Shown: one piece after another, positions 51,509 to 62,439 of the stretch
How the letters are laid out: every line of letters starts with the position of its first letter
How positions within the stretch are numbered: position 1 is the stretch's first letter
Source: Nitrospirota bacterium
GTDB taxonomy: Bacteria > Nitrospirota > Nitrospiria > Nitrospirales > Nitrospiraceae
Reading direction: 5' to 3'
NCBI GenBank assembly: GCA_963703955.1
Contig: CAVPGK010000021.1
Span: 96,001-160,000, forward strand
DNA: 64,000 nucleotides
The notes under the pieces: generated by a model
Database searches by the model: none
The model's input: only the letters and a program-made list of their open reading frames with translations
What the model was told of the DNA's origin: nothing
Position numbers and translations under genes: made by a program

Positions 51509-54500
51509 CTACGTCTGATGGTGACGAGGGTCATGAGTGAAGTTCGCTTGCTCGGCTATCAGTCGCCTCCGCACCTGTTCGAATTCCGCCTCGAGTTCGG
51601 TAAGGCATTCGCCGGCCTTGGTGAGTTCTCCGGCTTTTCCAAGCGTCTGGAGTTCGGCACAGGCCTGGCGCATTCGCCGTGCACCAAGATTCCCGCACGA
51701 GCCATTCAGCTCGTGAGCCGTCCGAGCAAGCGCTTGCCCATTTTTCTGCTGTATCGCCACCCGCAAGGCTCCCAGGCGGCGCGGGGTGTTCTCAAGAAAA
51801 TGGGCGATCAGCGTGGCCAGGAAGTCGTCTTCCCCGACAAGGGTGCGCAGGTCGGCCAGCACCGAAGCGTCAATGGCATCGTCATGCGTTGCGTGGCCCT
51901 TGGCGCCAGACGCGTGGATCTCCATGCGTTCAAGGGCTTCCTCGGGAATCCACCTGCCGAGCGCGCCTTCGAGATCTTCCCGTTTCACTGGCTTGGCAAG
52001 ATAGTCGTCCATGCCCACCTTCAGGCATGTTTGCCGGTCGCCCTCCATGGCATTGGCGGTCATGGCGATGATCGGAAGACGTCGCCTTGTCCCCTTGCGC
52101 TCGCGTTCCCTGATTGCCGTCGTCGCTTCGAAACCGTCCATTTCGGGCATCTGACAATCCATCAACACGACCGAATAGGCAACCCGAGACACCGCCTCGA
52201 CCGCCTCACGCCCATTCGACACGACGTCAACCCGATAGCCGAGCTTTGCCAACATACGGGCGGCGACTCGCTGGTTGTCGAGATTATCCTCCGCGACAAG
52301 GATTCGGGCTCTGGCCAACGCCGCCGCCTCTTTGAGACTGTGTCGAGTCACCAAGGAACTCTTTGGCCGGACCTCGGATGCATCGCAAGAAGACTCAAAG
52401 GCGGGCGAGTCGGTTCCCCTCAGTACCATGGTCAAGCATTGATACAAGTGAGGCCGTCGGATCGGCTTGGTCATATACGCGGCGATCCCCGCCTCCCGCG
52501 CTCGCTCAGCGTCCCCGCGTATACCGAGCGAGCTCAACAGAACCAGGCGAGTCGCCGTCAGGGCCGGATCAGTCTTGATGGCCCGTGCCAACTGCAGACC
52601 ATCCATCTCCGGCATCTGCAGATCGAGAATCGCCAGGTCGCAGGGCTCCCCTCGCTTCACAGCGGCTTTCAACAGAGCGAGAGCCTGCGGCCCGTTCACG
52701 GCGCTGATGCTGCACAGTCCCCACTGACGGGCATAGTTCTCTAGAAGGAGTCGGCTCGCGGCATTGTCGTCCACGATGCACACCCGCCGTCCCCGCAGTT
52801 CGGCCCGCGGCGGCAGCTCGACCTCGCTCCCCCTCGGCTGTTTGGCGAGTGGCACGGTGAACTGGAAGATGCTTCCCTGACCCAGGACACTTTCTACACC
52901 GATCCGGCCACCCATCAACTCGACCAGTTGACGGCAGATGGCGAGCCCTAGGCCGGTTCCACCGTACTTACGCGTCGTGGAGCTGTCGACCTGCGAAAAC
53001 GCCTCGAAGAGACGCGCTTGGGCCTCAGGGGAGATTCCAATGCCGGTGTCGGAGACCGAAAATCCGACCAACGCGTCTTCGGCACTTTCCTCGCCCCGAG
53101 CGACGCGGATCATGACTCCGCCCTGCTGGGTGAACTTGACGGCGTTGCCCACAAGGTTGACCAGCACTTGTCGCAACCGGCCGGGATCGCCCCGTACGGC
53201 GGTCGGCGTCTCGGCCTGCAGGAGACACCCCAACTCCAGCCCCTTCTGTTCCGCCGATTGCGCAAACAGATCGAGGACCTCTTCGACCATCGTCCGCAGA
53301 TCGAAATCGATGGTTTCCAGCGTCAGCTTGCCGGCCTCAATCTTGGAAAAGTCCAGGATGTCATTCACGATGTCGAGCAGGACTTCACCGCATCGGCGCA
53401 CCGTCTCGGCATACTCCTTTTGTTCAGGAGTCAGGGTCGTATCAAGGAGCAGATCCGTCATGCCGATCACGCCATTCATGGGGGTGCGGATCTCGTGGCT
53501 CATGGTGGCGAGGAATGCGGACTTGGCCTGGGTAGCCACTTGCGCCTCAGCCAACGCGGCGTCGAGCTCGCGGTTCTTTCGCTCGAGTTCGTGCGCATAG
53601 GCGCCGACCGTCGATTCTGACCGTGTTCGTTCGATGAACTGGCCGATCTGGCTGCCTATGGTGGCCAGCGTCTTGAGCAGGTCCTCGTCCGGCTGCTGCA
53701 TGTCCCGGCTAAAGAATTCGAGCACGCCGAGCACATTCCCGGCAAGCAGGATCGGGAATGCCAGCGCTCCGTGCAGGTCCGCACGCGCCGCGGATTGGGC
53801 GCGGCCAGAGGTCGCATCACGCACCACATCGGAGATCCAGGCAGGTTCGCGGCTATTCCAAACACGCCCGGGCAAGCCGACTCCCGGCGCTAAGGTCGTT
53901 CGTAACGAAACCTCCTCAAAGTCGGCGGTCTCTATCGATGGTTTGTGCCAGATTTCGGTGCAGCTCAGAACCTGAGCCTGCTGGTCCACGAGCCACAGCA
54001 CCCCTACACTCCATTCCAGCGTGTTGCAGACGGTCTGGATGATTTTGGGTATGCCGTCGGCGAGCCTGCCGGACTCCGCCAGGATAACCGAGGCGCGGTG
54101 CTGCACGGCCAACCGCTGTTCGGTTCGCTTCCGCTCGGAGATATCGCGCACAAACACACTGAAGGTGTTGGTTCCTCCCACGCAGGCCGGCAAGATCGTC
54201 ACCTCCGCCGGAAACTCGTGACCGCTTCGGTCCCACGCGGTGAGTTCGATCCGCTTGTTCAAGACCGAGCCATCGCCGGTATCCAGAAAGCGTCGTGCTG
54301 CGCGCTCATGAGCTTCTCTGTGGGGAGGGGGAATGATGACGCGGGAAAGGGGACGTCCGATCACTTCCTGTCGGGTCCAGCCGAAGATCCGTTCAGCCTG
54401 GGTATTCCAGTACCTGATGATTCCGGCGTCATCGACGGTGATCACCGCATCCAGGGCTGTCTCGACGATCGTATGATTGCGCTCCTCGCTTTCGTGACGC

Positions 54501-55147
54501 TTCTCGTCCGCTCGTTCATGTTCGGCAATTTCGCGTCTGAGAGAGAGACTTGCCACACTGACGAGACCGAATGTCAGGACACTTCCCAACCCAAAGATGA
54601 CCATCGTTCTGTGGGTATCCGCATTGATCTGCGCAGTCCTAACTTTCAAGATGTCCTGTTCCTCTTTCTCCATCTCCGCTATCATGCGCCGGATCGCATC
54701 CATCTTCTCCTTTCCCTGACTCGTGAGAACGATCTCTCGGGCAGCTCCCTGCCCCTTCGTCTTCCGCCCATCGATCATCACGTTCAACTCATCGAACTTC
54801 CTCGTCATCACCGCCTTCAGCGAAGCGAGACGGGACTGCTGCGGGGGATTGTCCGTAGTTAACGTCTTAAGGCGATCCAGACGTTCGTCAATGGAACTGG
54901 CCGCAGCGTAGTAGGGCTCTAGATACCGACCCTCTCCCGTGATGAGGTACCCCCGTTGCCCGGTCTCGGCATCTTTCATCATGGAGAGCGTGGCCTTGAG
55001 TTCGGCGAGGACTTCGTAAGTGTTGGCGACCCGCGAAATGTTTTGGGTCAGCTCTCGCGTGGCCTGATACATGATCACCACAAACAGAGCCAAAATAGTG
55101 AGCGCGAATGCGAACCATCCGAAGATCTTCTGTTCGATCGATCTCAT
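51509..55147 (-). CDS. Hybrid sensor kinase CHASE3-PAS-GAF-HisKA-HATPase-REC-REC-HPt
   Basis: [13 protein letters not shown] (CHASE3), [19 protein letters not shown], two Dx[20 protein letters not shown]. Confidence 0.93.
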   Translation of the reverse strand: MRSIEQKIFGWFAFALTILALFVVIMYQATRELTQNISRVANTYEVLAELKATLSMMKDAETGQRGYLITGEGRYLEPYYAAASSIDERLDRLKTLTTDNPPQQSRLASLKAVMTRKFDELNVMIDGRKTKGQGAAREIVLTSQGKEKMDAIRRMIAEMEKEEQDILKVRTAQINADTHRTMVIFGLGSVLTFGLVSVASLSLRREIAEHERADEKRHESEERNHTIVETALDAVITVDDAGIIRYWNTQAERIFGWTRQEVIGRPLSRVIIPPPHREAHERAARRFLDTGDGSVLNKRIELTAWDRSGHEFPAEVTILPACVGGTNTFSVFVRDISERKRTEQRLAVQHRASVILAESGRLADGIPKIIQTVCNTLEWSVGVLWLVDQQAQVLSCTEIWHKPSIETADFEEVSLRTTLAPGVGLPGRVWNSREPAWISDVVRDATSGRAQSAARADLHGALAFPILLAGNVLGVLEFFSRDMQQPDEDLLKTLATIGSQIGQFIERTRSESTVGAYAHELERKNRELDAALAEAQVATQAKSAFLATMSHEIRTPMNGVIGMTDLLLDTTLTPEQKEYAETVRRCGEVLLDIVNDILDFSKIEAGKLTLETIDFDLRTMVEEVLDLFAQSAEQKGLELGCLLQAETPTAVRGDPGRLRQVLVNLVGNAVKFTQQGGVMIRVARGEESAEDALVGFSVSDTGIGISPEAQARLFEAFSQVDSSTTRKYGGTGLGLAICRQLVELMGGRIGVESVLGQGSIFQFTVPLAKQPRGSEVELPPRAELRGRRVCIVDDNAASRLLLENYARQWGLCSISAVNGPQALALLKAAVKRGEPCDLAILDLQMPEMDGLQLARAIKTDPALTATRLVLLSSLGIRGDAERAREAGIAAYMTKPIRRPHLYQCLTMVLRGTDSPAFESSCDASEVRPKSSLVTRHSLKEAAALARARILVAEDNLDNQRVAARMLAKLGYRVDVVSNGREAVEAVSRVAYSVVLMDCQMPEMDGFEATTAIRERERKGTRRRLPIIAMTANAMEGDRQTCLKVGMDDYLAKPVKREDLEGALGRWIPEEALERMEIHASGAKGHATHDDAIDASVLADLRTLVGEDDFLATLIAHFLENTPRRLGALRVAIQQKNGQALARTAHELNGSCGNLGARRMRQACAELQTLGKAGELTKAGECLTELEAEFEQVRRRLIAEQANFTHDPRHHQT

Positions 55148-55500
55148 AGGTCTTTTACCGCAGCCAGCCAGACCGATTGACGACGTAGCCCACCTGCCGC
55201 GTTCTCTCAGGCCGGGCTCCGCCAAGGCCGAGAGCATGCCATCACAGGGTCCGACCTACCTCTCCACAGTCCCGATGAATAGTGTAGCTGATTCGTCTGT
55301 TTTCAGTAGTTGGATCACACGCTTATACAGTGGTCCCTATCATCCGGCTCTACTACCGGCCTGATACCGATCCCGCTCTCGGCGACGGGGCCGGGGGGCG
55401 CTTTTCTCGCATCCGGGAAGGAAAACAGGTGAGAGATCCTCAGCGTGGAACTAGCCTTCCAGGCCAGTTCCTCTGCGACTGACCGACAACCGTATCAGCG

Positions 55501-58131
55501 TCAGCTATTCGAAGCTTCGTCCTTGAGCACTTGCTGCAGGAGCTTCAGTAGGTTCTCGGTGGTGTACGGTTTCGGAAGGAAAGGGATCGGGGTGGAACCG
55601 GCCCATTCTGACACATGTTCATTTTCCAGCAATCCACTCACCGCGATCAATTTCACAGCTGGATTCAGGTGTTGGAGGGAGTGCACCATGGTCCGTCCGT
55701 CCATGAACGGCATCATCATGTCTGTGACCACGACGCTGATCTGCCGATGGTGCCGGACATAGAGATCGACGGCTTTCATGCCGTCGACAGCCGTAAGCAC
55801 ACCATATCCGTGAGCCTCCAACGTTGCCCTGGTAAGATCAAGCACCCCGGCTTCATCGTCGACGAGCAGGATTAGCTCCCCGTGTCCCCTGGGGACCTCT
55901 GGATAGGGTTCGTTCAGGCTTTGAGATTGCAACGCTTGTTCCGCAGGGATATAGACGGTCAACCGGGTCCCGCTTCCTTCCTTGCTTTCCACGGCGACAA
56001 AACCACCGTGGCTCTTTACGATGCCGAGGACGGTTGAGAGACCGAGACCGGTGCCCTTGCTCATCTCTTTGGTCGTAAAGAAGGGATCAAAAATCTTATC
56101 CATCGCGTGCGAAGGAATCCCCGTCCCAGTATCAACCACGGAAATCGAGACGTACGGCCCCGGACTGGCGTCGCTGAACCGGCGTGCGAAGTCTTGGTCG
56201 ACCAGGATGTTGGCGGCTTCAATCTGCAGACTACCCCCGTTCGGCATCGCATCCCGCGCGTTTACGCAGAGATTCAGCAGGACCTGGTAGATCTGGGTAA
56301 AATCGCCGTTGATGACCCACAGATCCTGAGGTAGAAGCGTATGGATGCGGATGGCCCGGGGAAAGGTCTCTTTGAGCATTGTTTCCAGCTCCGCCACCAG
56401 ATATTTCACCACCAACGGAACCCGCTCACCCTCCACGCCTCTGGCGAAGAGCAACACCTGTCTGACCAGGTGCGCGCCTCGTCTTGCAGCAGCTTCGATG
56501 CCTTGTACCCATTGCCGACTTTCCTCGTCGAGGGACTTCATCCTTAGAAGAAGCTGCGCGGCGACGAGCATCGGCGTGAGCACGTTGTTGATGTCATGCG
56601 CAATGCCGCCGGCCAACGTCCCGAGACTCTCCACGCGCTGAGTTTGAAGAAATCTTTTCTCCAACAGCTTCTTGTCGGTGATATCGCCGTTCACTTTGAG
56701 AATGCAGCTCGGAGTTCCGGCCTGGTCGCGCACGAGCGTCCAATGGCTCTCGACGACGACCGCGTTCCCTCTCTTCGTGACATGGTTCATCTCCCCGCGC
56801 CATTGGCCCTCTTCTCTCAACGTCCTGTTGAATTCCTTCCATTGCGGAGGAAGGGTCACGTAGAGGATATCTTCGTCACGCTTCTCAATGATCTCCTCCG
56901 AGGTCCACCCATAGAGATCGACCGCGCCCTGGTTCCAAAACAGAATCCGTCCATCCAAATTAACGACCAGAATCGCATCGCGCGCGACATCGAGCAGCTT
57001 GGCTTGCTGAAGAATCTTCTCCTCTGCGTGCTTGCGTTCAGTGATGTCGCGCGAGACGACCACTACGTTGACGACAGCGCCCTCTTGATCGCGAATGACG
57101 TTTCCGAGCGATTCAACGATCCGAACACCTCCGTCTTTCCCCAGAAACCGGTATTCGGCTCTCTGCCCTACACCGGTCTGGACCGTGTCGAAGAACATGC
57201 GCTTAATGTACTCGCGGTCGTCCGGATGGACGCATTCGAATGAATCTGTTCCCACCAAGGCATCCGGATCGCCGATGAGTCTGCCGTAGGCGAGATTATT
57301 GTAGACCCTCCTCCCTTGAAGATCGAGAACGGCGATCAAATCCACGACATTGTCCATGATCAGTCGCAAAAGCTCCTGTCCTTCACGCAACGCCTTCTCG
57401 ATCCGTTCCCGCTGGTAGATTTCAGTGCACAAGATGCTGTTCGCTTTGACCAGCTCCGCGGTCCGTTCTTTGACCTTGACGTCCAATTCATCGTGCGCCT
57501 GACGCACCTCCGCTTCCACTCGCCTACGCTCGGCGATCTCCGCGGTCAAATTCTCGATAAGGACGTTCTTTTCACTTCTCAGCGTAAACGAAGTCATGAC
57601 CATTTGGTGGACCCGCCGGGCGGCCAACAACATCGCGACGGTGTACACGCCTGCCATCACACCCATCGTCACATGCAGCTCATCGCCCCAGGAGAGAAAT
57701 CGAAGAGTGATTGGCAATAAGGCTGGAAGAGTGTATGCGACGTAGGCGCTCAGAAGGGGCGAAAGGACCGGGATCGCTCCGGCGGTCATCCCGCCCATCA
57801 CAAACGCGAGAAAGGCTTGATGGACGAGTGAATCAAGAGGGAACATGACGATCCCCGCCGAGCCCCAGGCGATACCGGACAGCGCGGCTCCCATGATGAA
57901 CCAGGCATTCCAGCGCGGAGAGTCTCGCCGCACCAGCCAGAAGCGGAGGCCGGTGATGGTCAGGATGCAGGTTAGCCAGGTCAGCAGCACCCATGGCGCA
58001 ATCACCCTCCAATGGATCAGCGTCACGAGTCCCGCATTCAGGATCGTGACGACATGCGCGATCGGGGCCATCGACGTGAGGAGTTTGACTCGTTCGTCGT
58101 GAAGCCAGCGCTGTTGGGTATCAGGCGCCAT
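55501..58131 (-). CDS. Membrane hybrid sensor kinase (multi-TM, PAS-PAS, HisKA, HATPase, REC)
   Basis: TM-rich N-terminus, VHPDDRE PAS, GGIAHDINNVL, NLCVNARDAM, TDMMMPFMDG. Confidence 0.92.
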   Translation of the reverse strand: MAPDTQQRWLHDERVKLLTSMAPIAHVVTILNAGLVTLIHWRVIAPWVLLTWLTCILTITGLRFWLVRRDSPRWNAWFIMGAALSGIAWGSAGIVMFPLDSLVHQAFLAFVMGGMTAGAIPVLSPLLSAYVAYTLPALLPITLRFLSWGDELHVTMGVMAGVYTVAMLLAARRVHQMVMTSFTLRSEKNVLIENLTAEIAERRRVEAEVRQAHDELDVKVKERTAELVKANSILCTEIYQRERIEKALREGQELLRLIMDNVVDLIAVLDLQGRRVYNNLAYGRLIGDPDALVGTDSFECVHPDDREYIKRMFFDTVQTGVGQRAEYRFLGKDGGVRIVESLGNVIRDQEGAVVNVVVVSRDITERKHAEEKILQQAKLLDVARDAILVVNLDGRILFWNQGAVDLYGWTSEEIIEKRDEDILYVTLPPQWKEFNRTLREEGQWRGEMNHVTKRGNAVVVESHWTLVRDQAGTPSCILKVNGDITDKKLLEKRFLQTQRVESLGTLAGGIAHDINNVLTPMLVAAQLLLRMKSLDEESRQWVQGIEAAARRGAHLVRQVLLFARGVEGERVPLVVKYLVAELETMLKETFPRAIRIHTLLPQDLWVINGDFTQIYQVLLNLCVNARDAMPNGGSLQIEAANILVDQDFARRFSDASPGPYVSISVVDTGTGIPSHAMDKIFDPFFTTKEMSKGTGLGLSTVLGIVKSHGGFVAVESKEGSGTRLTVYIPAEQALQSQSLNEPYPEVPRGHGELILLVDDEAGVLDLTRATLEAHGYGVLTAVDGMKAVDLYVRHHRQISVVVTDMMMPFMDGRTMVHSLQHLNPAVKLIAVSGLLENEHVSEWAGSTPIPFLPKPYTTENLLKLLQQVLKDEASNS

Positions 58132-58467
58132 TAGGTGGAATCAGGTCTTGGAGGGACCTCCCATAGGCCTTATTCGGGGGTGGTGGTGGAGTCTACCGAA
58201 TATCTCATGTGAAAGAAAGTGGGTGGTACGGACAACTAAATTTCTCTCATGACCTTCCGTGTTCCTGGAGCCGAGTTTGAAGGACGGGCGGAGGACCATC
58301 CTGATACGGCGGCATTGTGTGCTGGGCGGAAGCCCGGTCGTCTCGATCCCATAGACGACCGATCCTCAACTTATGCCCTAGGCGTTCCTGAGGTCGGCGG
58401 AAAAGCCGTTGGTTCACAAGAGCGGTCGTCTCACACAACGGGACGCTCGGAGTCACAGTCAATTAGA

Positions 58468-59421
58468 TCAGCGATGAACCCGAAGAACGGGGCCCACCCA
58501 GTACCAGGGATCGGGACCGGCTTCAGCCTTGTGCGAGAGATGGGCGACATACCAGAAGACAATGTCCCTTTCTTGTATGTCATCATTGTCTTTGTATCCT
58601 AGATGGCCCCGTGCTCCGAACGGCCAGGGCTCGTCTTCGACCGTGTTTTGCCGCCGCACAGCCACGTCCTTGTCAGAAAACGCGTCCGCCGTACCATCGT
58701 CCGTTCCAGGCACAACCCATACGCCGTGCCCGGTCGGCTGGTCACGCGCGTACCAGACACGATTCGCCGAGGATTTCTTAACGATGTCCCGTTCGTTCGT
58801 GTACTTGTGCCAGCCTGGTCCCCACCCTTCGTCCGGGCCGCCGTCATCATGGACAAACACCTGGTCCGAGTCATCGCCGTCGATGTCGAAATCAAGCCGC
58901 CAGTACGGATGGTGGCTATGGTCGATCTTGCAGGAGAGTCCCTTGCTTTGCACGAGCGCTTGAATCTGTCCCTCCTTGCTCAGGTACCACGCTTGATAGA
59001 GGTGATACTCCCCGATTCTGGCGTAGACGCCCAGTTCGAGCCAGTCCGTTCCACCCACGGAGTACGATTCGTGACACACTTTTTGATTCCCGCAATTGGG
59101 AACGTTCACCATGTTGCTCCACTTAATGCGATCTTGAAATGGCCCGCACCCTTCGGCCCCACCCGTCGAAAACCAACTCCTCGGATCCCACCAGGGGCGG
59201 TCCCTCAGGTACTTGACGCGAATCACCGGCAGGCTGGCTTTGGCCAGCACCCGCTCGTTGTTGTAGGAGACGTTGATGAGCGCGATGCCGGCGAGGTCCC
59301 TCACTTCCCAGTCAAAACTCCACGGGCTCCACTCGGTATGGCCTGATTGCGGCTCGGCGAATGCCGGCGAAGCTATGAGCAGCCCGCACAGGGCTAGGAT
59401 GACACAATAGGTGCTCCGCAT
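58468..59421 (-). CDS. Secreted copper amine oxidase-like catalytic domain (miniaturised, non-canonical TPQ motif)
   Basis: Signal peptide (..SPAFA|E); ARIGEYHLYQAWYLSKEGQI ~ STVGNYDYIFDWIFHENGTI; HSHHPYWRLDFDIDG ~ HQHIYNFRLDLDVDG; DIVFWYVAHLSH ~ DAVVWMTTGTTH. Confidence 0.72.
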   Translation of the reverse strand: MRSTYCVILALCGLLIASPAFAEPQSGHTEWSPWSFDWEVRDLAGIALINVSYNNERVLAKASLPVIRVKYLRDRPWWDPRSWFSTGGAEGCGPFQDRIKWSNMVNVPNCGNQKVCHESYSVGGTDWLELGVYARIGEYHLYQAWYLSKEGQIQALVQSKGLSCKIDHSHHPYWRLDFDIDGDDSDQVFVHDDGGPDEGWGPGWHKYTNERDIVKKSSANRVWYARDQPTGHGVWVVPGTDDGTADAFSDKDVAVRRQNTVEDEPWPFGARGHLGYKDNDDIQERDIVFWYVAHLSHKAEAGPDPWYWVGPVLRVHR

Positions 59422-59500
59422 CGGTTTTTTCTCCTTTCTCCCACTCACACCCGCACAGCCCCAAGCGCGGTGCATAGATACATGCGCCCCTTCTTTAAGG

Positions 59501-60259
59501 TCACGGCACGGGACCGGCATCCAGAACCTTCTGATCGATGAGGTCAACGGCCGCTGAGAAGAGCGGGTTACCCGAGTCTCCGCGCGCGAAGGTGACCCAG
59601 AGCACCCGATGGCCATAGCCGGGTCGTCCTTCCTCGATCGAAGTGAGGATCGCATGACCTGTCAGCCCTTGAACGGCGTTCTGTAGGCGGCTATCGCTCT
59701 TGGCAAGATCAATTGCGGTCTGAATCTCTTCATCCCCTTCGGGCGGTTCATATCCCGGCCTTGCATAGGCGCTTTCCACCTCCTGCCCTCTCATCCGGAC
59801 CTCGACCGCCATGTTCTTGCTATAACTAAAATACGTGAGCCGTGTGCGCAATAATTCGGGTGCCGGGGTCACATTCTTGCCGGGCATAATCGTCTCCGTG
59901 CTGATGTGAGTAAATCGCGCTCCGAGCAGATCGCGGACACGCCGGTCTTGCAGGGCTCCCTGCTGCATCTCGGCCTCGCGGGCAGCGGACACGGCCATGG
60001 CCGGTGCGGTCATCGTGACTGACGCCACGTTCGTCCGACCCTTGGGCTTCAGGGGCCATCCTTCGGGCGATGCGTCGAAGTCCAGCTTCTGCACCGGAGG
60101 GGCCTTTCCTGGGAGCACCGACTTCGGCACATTCGTTTGAGGGTTTTCCGGATGGTCGTCGCCCTTGCGGCCAGGAGACAAGAGTGAACACCCGCCCGCC
60201 AATCCGAGAAGAGCCACCCCCGCCAACGCCATCCCCGTCCTGTTCAACGTGAGCTTCAT
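59501..60259 (-). CDS. Lipoprotein resembling amine oxidase N2/N3 domains
   Basis: Lipobox LAGGC; two alpha/beta repeats (ALQDRRVRDLLG..AVEVRM..EVES; PPEGDEEIQTAIDLAKSDSRL..AAVDLIDQKVL). Confidence 0.6.
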   Translation of the reverse strand: MKLTLNRTGMALAGVALLGLAGGCSLLSPGRKGDDHPENPQTNVPKSVLPGKAPPVQKLDFDASPEGWPLKPKGRTNVASVTMTAPAMAVSAAREAEMQQGALQDRRVRDLLGARFTHISTETIMPGKNVTPAPELLRTRLTYFSYSKNMAVEVRMRGQEVESAYARPGYEPPEGDEEIQTAIDLAKSDSRLQNAVQGLTGHAILTSIEEGRPGYGHRVLWVTFARGDSGNPLFSAAVDLIDQKVLDAGPVP

Positions 60260-60306
60260 ACCATCTGTTCCTCTCCTGAAGAGACGCGCCATCTTCCAAG
60301 GTGTTC

Positions 60307-60837
60307 TTAGGCCGCCGCGAGCTTGGCCGCCACTCGGAGGGCGAATTTTGACAATTGTATCGTTGCGTCGAGGATGTCGGCCTGTCTTTTGCGCGCTTCC
60401 TTGTCCAGGCTCGCCCGGCGAAGGAGCACATTGAGTTCGTCGATTTCGCCTTCCGTGAAGGTCACCACCATCTTCACCGTATCGTTGTACGTATTGGCCA
60501 ATCCGATATAGAGGGCCGCCTGCTGAGCGTAGAGCAGCCCCACAAGATCTTCCTCATCCTGAAACAGTTGAATCTTCTTGCCGACGTTCCCGATCTCTTC
60601 AAGGAAGAGCCGCTGCTTTTCTTTCATTTCAGTGTCGGCGGCCACCGCGAACTTCACCTGACCCGCCTCGATCTTCTCGATCAGTTCCCCCGCTTCGTCT
60701 CGTGATCCTTCGAGCTTCTTGAACAGGACCTTGAGCTTGTCCGCCGCCGTCTTGCCGGTCTCTGTAATTTCCTTGATGAGGCCATCGTTCCGTTGGAGGA
60801 ATTCCGCAACCGACCCGATGCTGTTTTCAATGCTCAT
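60307..60837 (-). CDS. All-helical hypothetical protein with no signal peptide
   Basis: 176 aa, coiled-coil-like with an amphipathic C-terminal helix; in a co-oriented cluster. Confidence 0.75.
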   Translation of the reverse strand: MSIENSIGSVAEFLQRNDGLIKEITETGKTAADKLKVLFKKLEGSRDEAGELIEKIEAGQVKFAVAADTEMKEKQRLFLEEIGNVGKKIQLFQDEEDLVGLLYAQQAALYIGLANTYNDTVKMVVTFTEGEIDELNVLLRRASLDKEARKRQADILDATIQLSKFALRVAAKLAAA

Positions 60838-60863
60838 GGTATCCCCCGTGGGCTCCTTCGTCC

Positions 60864-61568
60864 CTAATTACGCTTCACCCGTTCAAGCAGGTCGAGAAGA
60901 TCCGTCGATACCGCACGTCCCCGCACAAGAGCGCTGCTCCTGACTACCCCCATACCGAGAATCTCCTCCAACGCAGCATTGACCTGCTCGGAGTGTCTTA
61001 AGACGACGTCGACGCTGCTTGAGCCACCGGGAACTTCCTGCGCGACTGCTTCTACCAACTCAGGATCCACCGAGGCAAAGACAGACTTGTTGGCATAGTC
61101 CTGAACACGCTTGTGCAGAATCTCCAACGATTTCCACGAATCGCTCAGACGACTCTTGACCTGATTCATGGCCGCGAAATCCTCTCGGAACTGATCCAGG
61201 ACCCTCTTCTCGAGACCTTCATACTCGGCCATATGAATCGTGCCGATCAAATAGGCGACGGCTTGGGCATCGGCCCCGGTTTTCGTGGACACGTTCTGAT
61301 AAGACGTGAAGATGAACGAGTGCACGGCCTCATTGGCGCGCAAGGCTTCGAAAGATTTGCTGAGGGACTGGAGCCCCTTTTCCGTCAGGATGACTCGGTC
61401 CTCGGATCCCTGTGCGACCTTCTCGTCAAAGTTCTTTCGGGCCTCTCTGATCTTGTCTCCCTCTTTCGCGATCAGATTCCGAACGCTCTTGCTGTGAATG
61501 GCCGAGCATCCAGAGAGGGCGAGCCCCGTTACCACGATCATGATCATGACTGTCCGCAATATAGACAT
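60864..61568 (-). CDS. Helical lipoprotein
   Basis: GGAGG RBS; MSILRTVMIMIVVTGLALSGC lipobox. Confidence 0.75.
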   Translation of the reverse strand: MSILRTVMIMIVVTGLALSGCSAIHSKSVRNLIAKEGDKIREARKNFDEKVAQGSEDRVILTEKGLQSLSKSFEALRANEAVHSFIFTSYQNVSTKTGADAQAVAYLIGTIHMAEYEGLEKRVLDQFREDFAAMNQVKSRLSDSWKSLEILHKRVQDYANKSVFASVDPELVEAVAQEVPGGSSSVDVVLRHSEQVNAALEEILGMGVVRSSALVRGRAVSTDLLDLLERVKRN

Positions 61569-61602
61569 GGCGGGTCCTCCGATCTTCCCCTGCGGGACGT
61601 TC

Positions 61603-62232
61603 TCAGCGAGACGCCTTGATAGCGTCGGCGATTTCCTTGATGTCCTCACGTCGGACGGTCACATCGATGTCGAGGTAACCTTTCACCATTGAATGGAGTC
61701 GTCGCAACACCTCGACGTTTGTTCGGTAGTCATCGAACGGCGACAGATCGATTCGGGTGGACCGTTGATACTCCTGGTCAACCTGCTTGCTGACAGCGGT
61801 GATCAAGCTTGGAATCCTTTTGAGGATTCCCGTCGTGTCACTCTTCCCCGCTGCAAAGAGAACCTGCCCATCAGGTCCAGCTCGAGCCGGGAGACCTTGT
61901 AGCCGAATGTCGTTCACGCGAGCCGTGACTTCTGAGCCCAGGAGTTCGGCCGCCAATCCGGCATACTCCTGATCAGCAACGCTGGAACGCTTGGGATCGG
62001 TGGTGGCCCAGGCCAGCGCCAGGTTCAACATATGTCGAGTCGTCACATAGCGGTACCACTGTTGAAAGCGGTCATTAACGTTTCCAGCAAGTTGCCGGTA
62101 CTGCTCCGCCAACTTTACATTCTCCGCATAGTGCTGATCCTTAACAGCCAGCGCTTGTTTGACCTCGACAGGTGTTGCGCAACCCACGAGCCCCCCGATA
62201 CAGAGGCAAAGTGCAAGGCGAAGCAGACTCAT
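61603..62232 (-). CDS. Helical lipoprotein
   Basis: GGAGG RBS; MSLLRLALCLCIGGLVGC lipobox. Confidence 0.75.
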   Translation of the reverse strand: MSLLRLALCLCIGGLVGCATPVEVKQALAVKDQHYAENVKLAEQYRQLAGNVNDRFQQWYRYVTTRHMLNLALAWATTDPKRSSVADQEYAGLAAELLGSEVTARVNDIRLQGLPARAGPDGQVLFAAGKSDTTGILKRIPSLITAVSKQVDQEYQRSTRIDLSPFDDYRTNVEVLRRLHSMVKGYLDIDVTVRREDIKEIADAIKASR

Positions 62233-62439
62233 GGATCACCCTCCCTGTTAGTTCGCACCTAGACTCGTTGATGAGCGGAATGAAAATCGCTGGTCCGTAT
62301 GATTCGGGCCGGCACAAGGAGATACGCGCCCTACCCAATTTGATCAATGCATGAAGCATCGGTGGCCTCTTTGTCAAGCCCCTTACTCTGCCCGTCTAAA
62401 AATACGAGAACCCTATGGCTGCGTAGATCCCTACCTCGG

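Noticed and set aside
51263..54862. 493-aa and 305-aa plus-strand ORFs
   Set aside because: Antisense to the well-supported hybrid kinase
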